Positions 61,797 to 64,000 of a stretch of DNA of 64,000 bases are shown one piece after another. The stretch covers positions 29,289,206-29,353,205 of the forward strand of contig NC_057718.1 in the NCBI RefSeq assembly GCF_004010195.1, in the 5' to 3' direction. The notes under the pieces were generated by a model that did no database searches, was not told the origin of the DNA, and was given only the letters and a program-made list of their open reading frames with translations. Position numbers and translations under genes: made by a program. Positions within the stretch are counted from its first letter, which is position 1. Each line of letters begins with the position of its first letter. Source of the stretch: Chiloscyllium plagiosum (lineage: Eukaryota).

Positions 61797-62103
61797 GCTG
61801 AAAATGTGTTGCTGGAAAAGCGCAGCAGGTCAGGCAACATCCAGGGAACAGGAGAATCGACGTTTCGGGCATAAGCCCTTCTTCAGGAATCTGCTCTCCC
61901 TGCCTCCCTGTACAGTAAAAGATGGGTCTGCAGATCCATTTGTCCTTGGCTGGGACTAGCCCAGGTAAGCCATGAAGAAGGGCTTATGCCCGAAACGTCG
62001 ATTCTCCTGTTTCCTGGATGCTGCCTGACCTGCTGGGCTTTTCCAGCAACACATTTTCAGCTCTGATCTCCTCCAGCATCTGCAGACCTCACTTTCTCCT
62101 CTG
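61797..62103. mobile_element. Palindromic Penelope pLTR insert with a captured 83-bp spacer; intact HHR core at 61859-61886 (minus)
   Basis: 10-bp TSD cctttaatga (61787-61796, 62104-62113). Inverted arms. Confidence 0.85.
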
Positions 62104-63235
62104 CCTTTAATGATCCAACTGACTACATAGATGATGTACAGGCGATGGTCAGTAGTTAAAAACAAAATATCACAATGATTTGGTAATGGAGGGTAAAGAA
62201 CCGGGCAGTTGTGTTTAAGAGCACTTCTGGGGAAAAAAAAGCAGATGCAGTGATGGGGTTTGTTTCAACTGGCTGTCTGCCCCGATTCCACGGCTGTATT
62301 CTACCCAGCTGCCCTTGGAGAGGAAACATGTGGTCCAGCAATATTTTATATGCCTTTAGAGAGAGGTAGACACCACAGGGTGTGGAGTGCTTTATTTCCC
62401 CTCCTGATTCCATTTTGATTCAGCTCCATCCTCCTCTCCCTGCCTCCCTGTACAGTAAGAGATGGGTCTGCAGATCCATTTGTCCTTGGCTGGGACTAGC
62501 CCAGGTAAGCCATGAATAATATCTATTTTGATATTCAATAACAATTTTTTTTTCGATCAGGCTTCCTGAGTTAGTACAGTACTCTAAAAATCCAGATTCC
62601 AAGGATGAGAATGAAGATCAGATTTTCACCCAATTAACAGCGTTTGAGGGCATCAATAATTATAACTCATACTAGTACATATTATTATATAATTACTAGT
62701 GAAAAAATCTGCTCCTCATTCTCATCCTTGGAATTTAGTATTCAATATATTGTCTTGGAGTTAGCTTCACCAGATAATTCTATTGGCAAGCCTTACTTCC
62801 AGGAGATCTGGACTGTTACCTTTCTCTGCTCAATGTCTTAGTAAACATTCCTGAGCCCAAGGAGCCACCAGGAACCTTTATTCTGTACCAATCATTACTG
62901 GAATGTCAAGTGCTGTCAAGATGTCTACTTGCAATGCCAAGGCATAATAGACTATGGACAAAGAGTTAGAAAATGGGATTAAAATAATTAGGCAGTTTTT
63001 GACCAGCATGGATGCCATGGGCTGAAGTATTTTTACTGTGCAGTAGAAATCTGTCTGAGTTTATTATTTAGCCATTTACTTCTCTGAGATTAAATTTAGA
63101 AAAAGTCATACACACTGTCCTGTGAATTATAGTTATCATTTGTCTTGTTTAATTCTATTACTGAATTATTCAACTTTTGTAGTACTCGTTGTTTCAGAGC
63201 CAACAAACATGGTTCCTCAAATTTTATCTTTTCAG

Positions 63236-63304
63236 GAGCTTGAGCAGTATAAAAGAAATGCTTCCAAATCTTGGAAAGAGATGCAGTTTGACATACGAAG
63301 ATAA
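63236..63304 (+). CDS. DYNC2LI1: DYNC2LI1 last exon 13 (ELEQYKRNASKSWKEMQFDIRR*)
   Basis: Conserved ELEQYKR..SKSWK. CAG acceptor, TAA stop. Joined CDS is 1071 nt (356 aa). Confidence 0.95.
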   Translation, partial: ELEQYKRNASKSWKEMQFDIRR

Positions 63305-63660
63305 TTTCACCTCAAGGATTTGCATGGAGCATTTTTTGCAGTTTTGTTCTGACAATGGGTAATTTATATATTTATAGCGAGTAATTTTCTATAAATGTTT
63401 AAATACTATCACTACTTTTTAAATATATATTAACATTTCAGATCTACTTCACTTTTTGGTGACTTTTATCTTTTTCATGTTCAATAATTCATATTCAGTA
63501 TGACAAATGTTTAATTTCTTTACTACCTGTTTTCAACATCAAGAATTCATCAAAGTGATGAGACTTCATGTTTATAACTACAAGAGCAAGAAACACAGGA
63601 CTGAGTCAACATGTAACACTTTTGGCTTGTTTCAAAGTGTTGGTGCCTGTAAAATTTTAA

Positions 63661-63666
63661 AATAAA
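63661..63666 (+). terminator. Candidate polyadenylation signal of DYNC2LI1
   Basis: AATAAA about 360 nt after the stop codon. Confidence 0.5.
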
Positions 63667-64000
63667 GTGAATATGATTCAAAATGAATTAATTGAAGCAA
63701 GACCTCCCCATAATTCACCACAATTTTTGGTGCTTCAAATTCTGCTCTTCAAAGGAGGTGATGGCTGAGTGGTATAATTACTAGACTGTTGGTCTAGAGA
63801 CCCAGGCAGTCAGGAATATAAAACTCTTAGAGACAGTTAAGTTTAAATAATTACCTTTATTTACCAATGGCAGTAATGTTACACTATAACATAGACACCT
63901 ACAAGCCAGATTTGAGCTAAGATTCTAAAACCATTAGCAGAGTAGTGGTGCCAGCTCTTACCCCCAAGAGCTCTCTCAGGCCACTCCCCTTATTGCTGCA

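Overview
Vertebrate genomic DNA, very likely a shark (inferred from HE1/V-SINE-like SINEs, abundant CR1 LINEs and Penelope-like elements). Two divergently transcribed genes are present. TTC7A exons 1-3 lie on the minus strand (ATG at 26532; the gene continues past the left edge). A complete 13-exon DYNC2LI1 lies on the plus strand (36714-63304, 356 aa, all introns GT-AG and in phase). The TTC7A promoter has a ZNF143/THAP11-type motif, and the DYNC2LI1 CpG-rich promoter has a CRE and an RFX X-box. Most other sequence is decayed transposable elements (CR1, Penelope-like, tRNA-SINEs, one Tx1/L1 fragment, one Gypsy fragment, a MITE); these account for most of the interpretable ORFs in the track. 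The most notable structure is a set of short, TSD-flanked, mostly palindromic Penelope-derived inserts carrying minimal hammerhead ribozyme cores. These include a 470-nt HHR-to-HHR retrozyme-like unit, a cluster tightly bracketing the DYNC2LI1 promoter, and one insert whose loop is an 83-bp copy of nearby DNA. There is also a ~1.2-kb composite insert (inverted minisatellite plus CR1 3' tail), and a SINE tail positioned to supply a branch point for DYNC2LI1 exon 6. Assembly gaps lie at 6069-6178, 8531-8578 and 48157-48615. All family assignments come from reading motifs, not from database searches.
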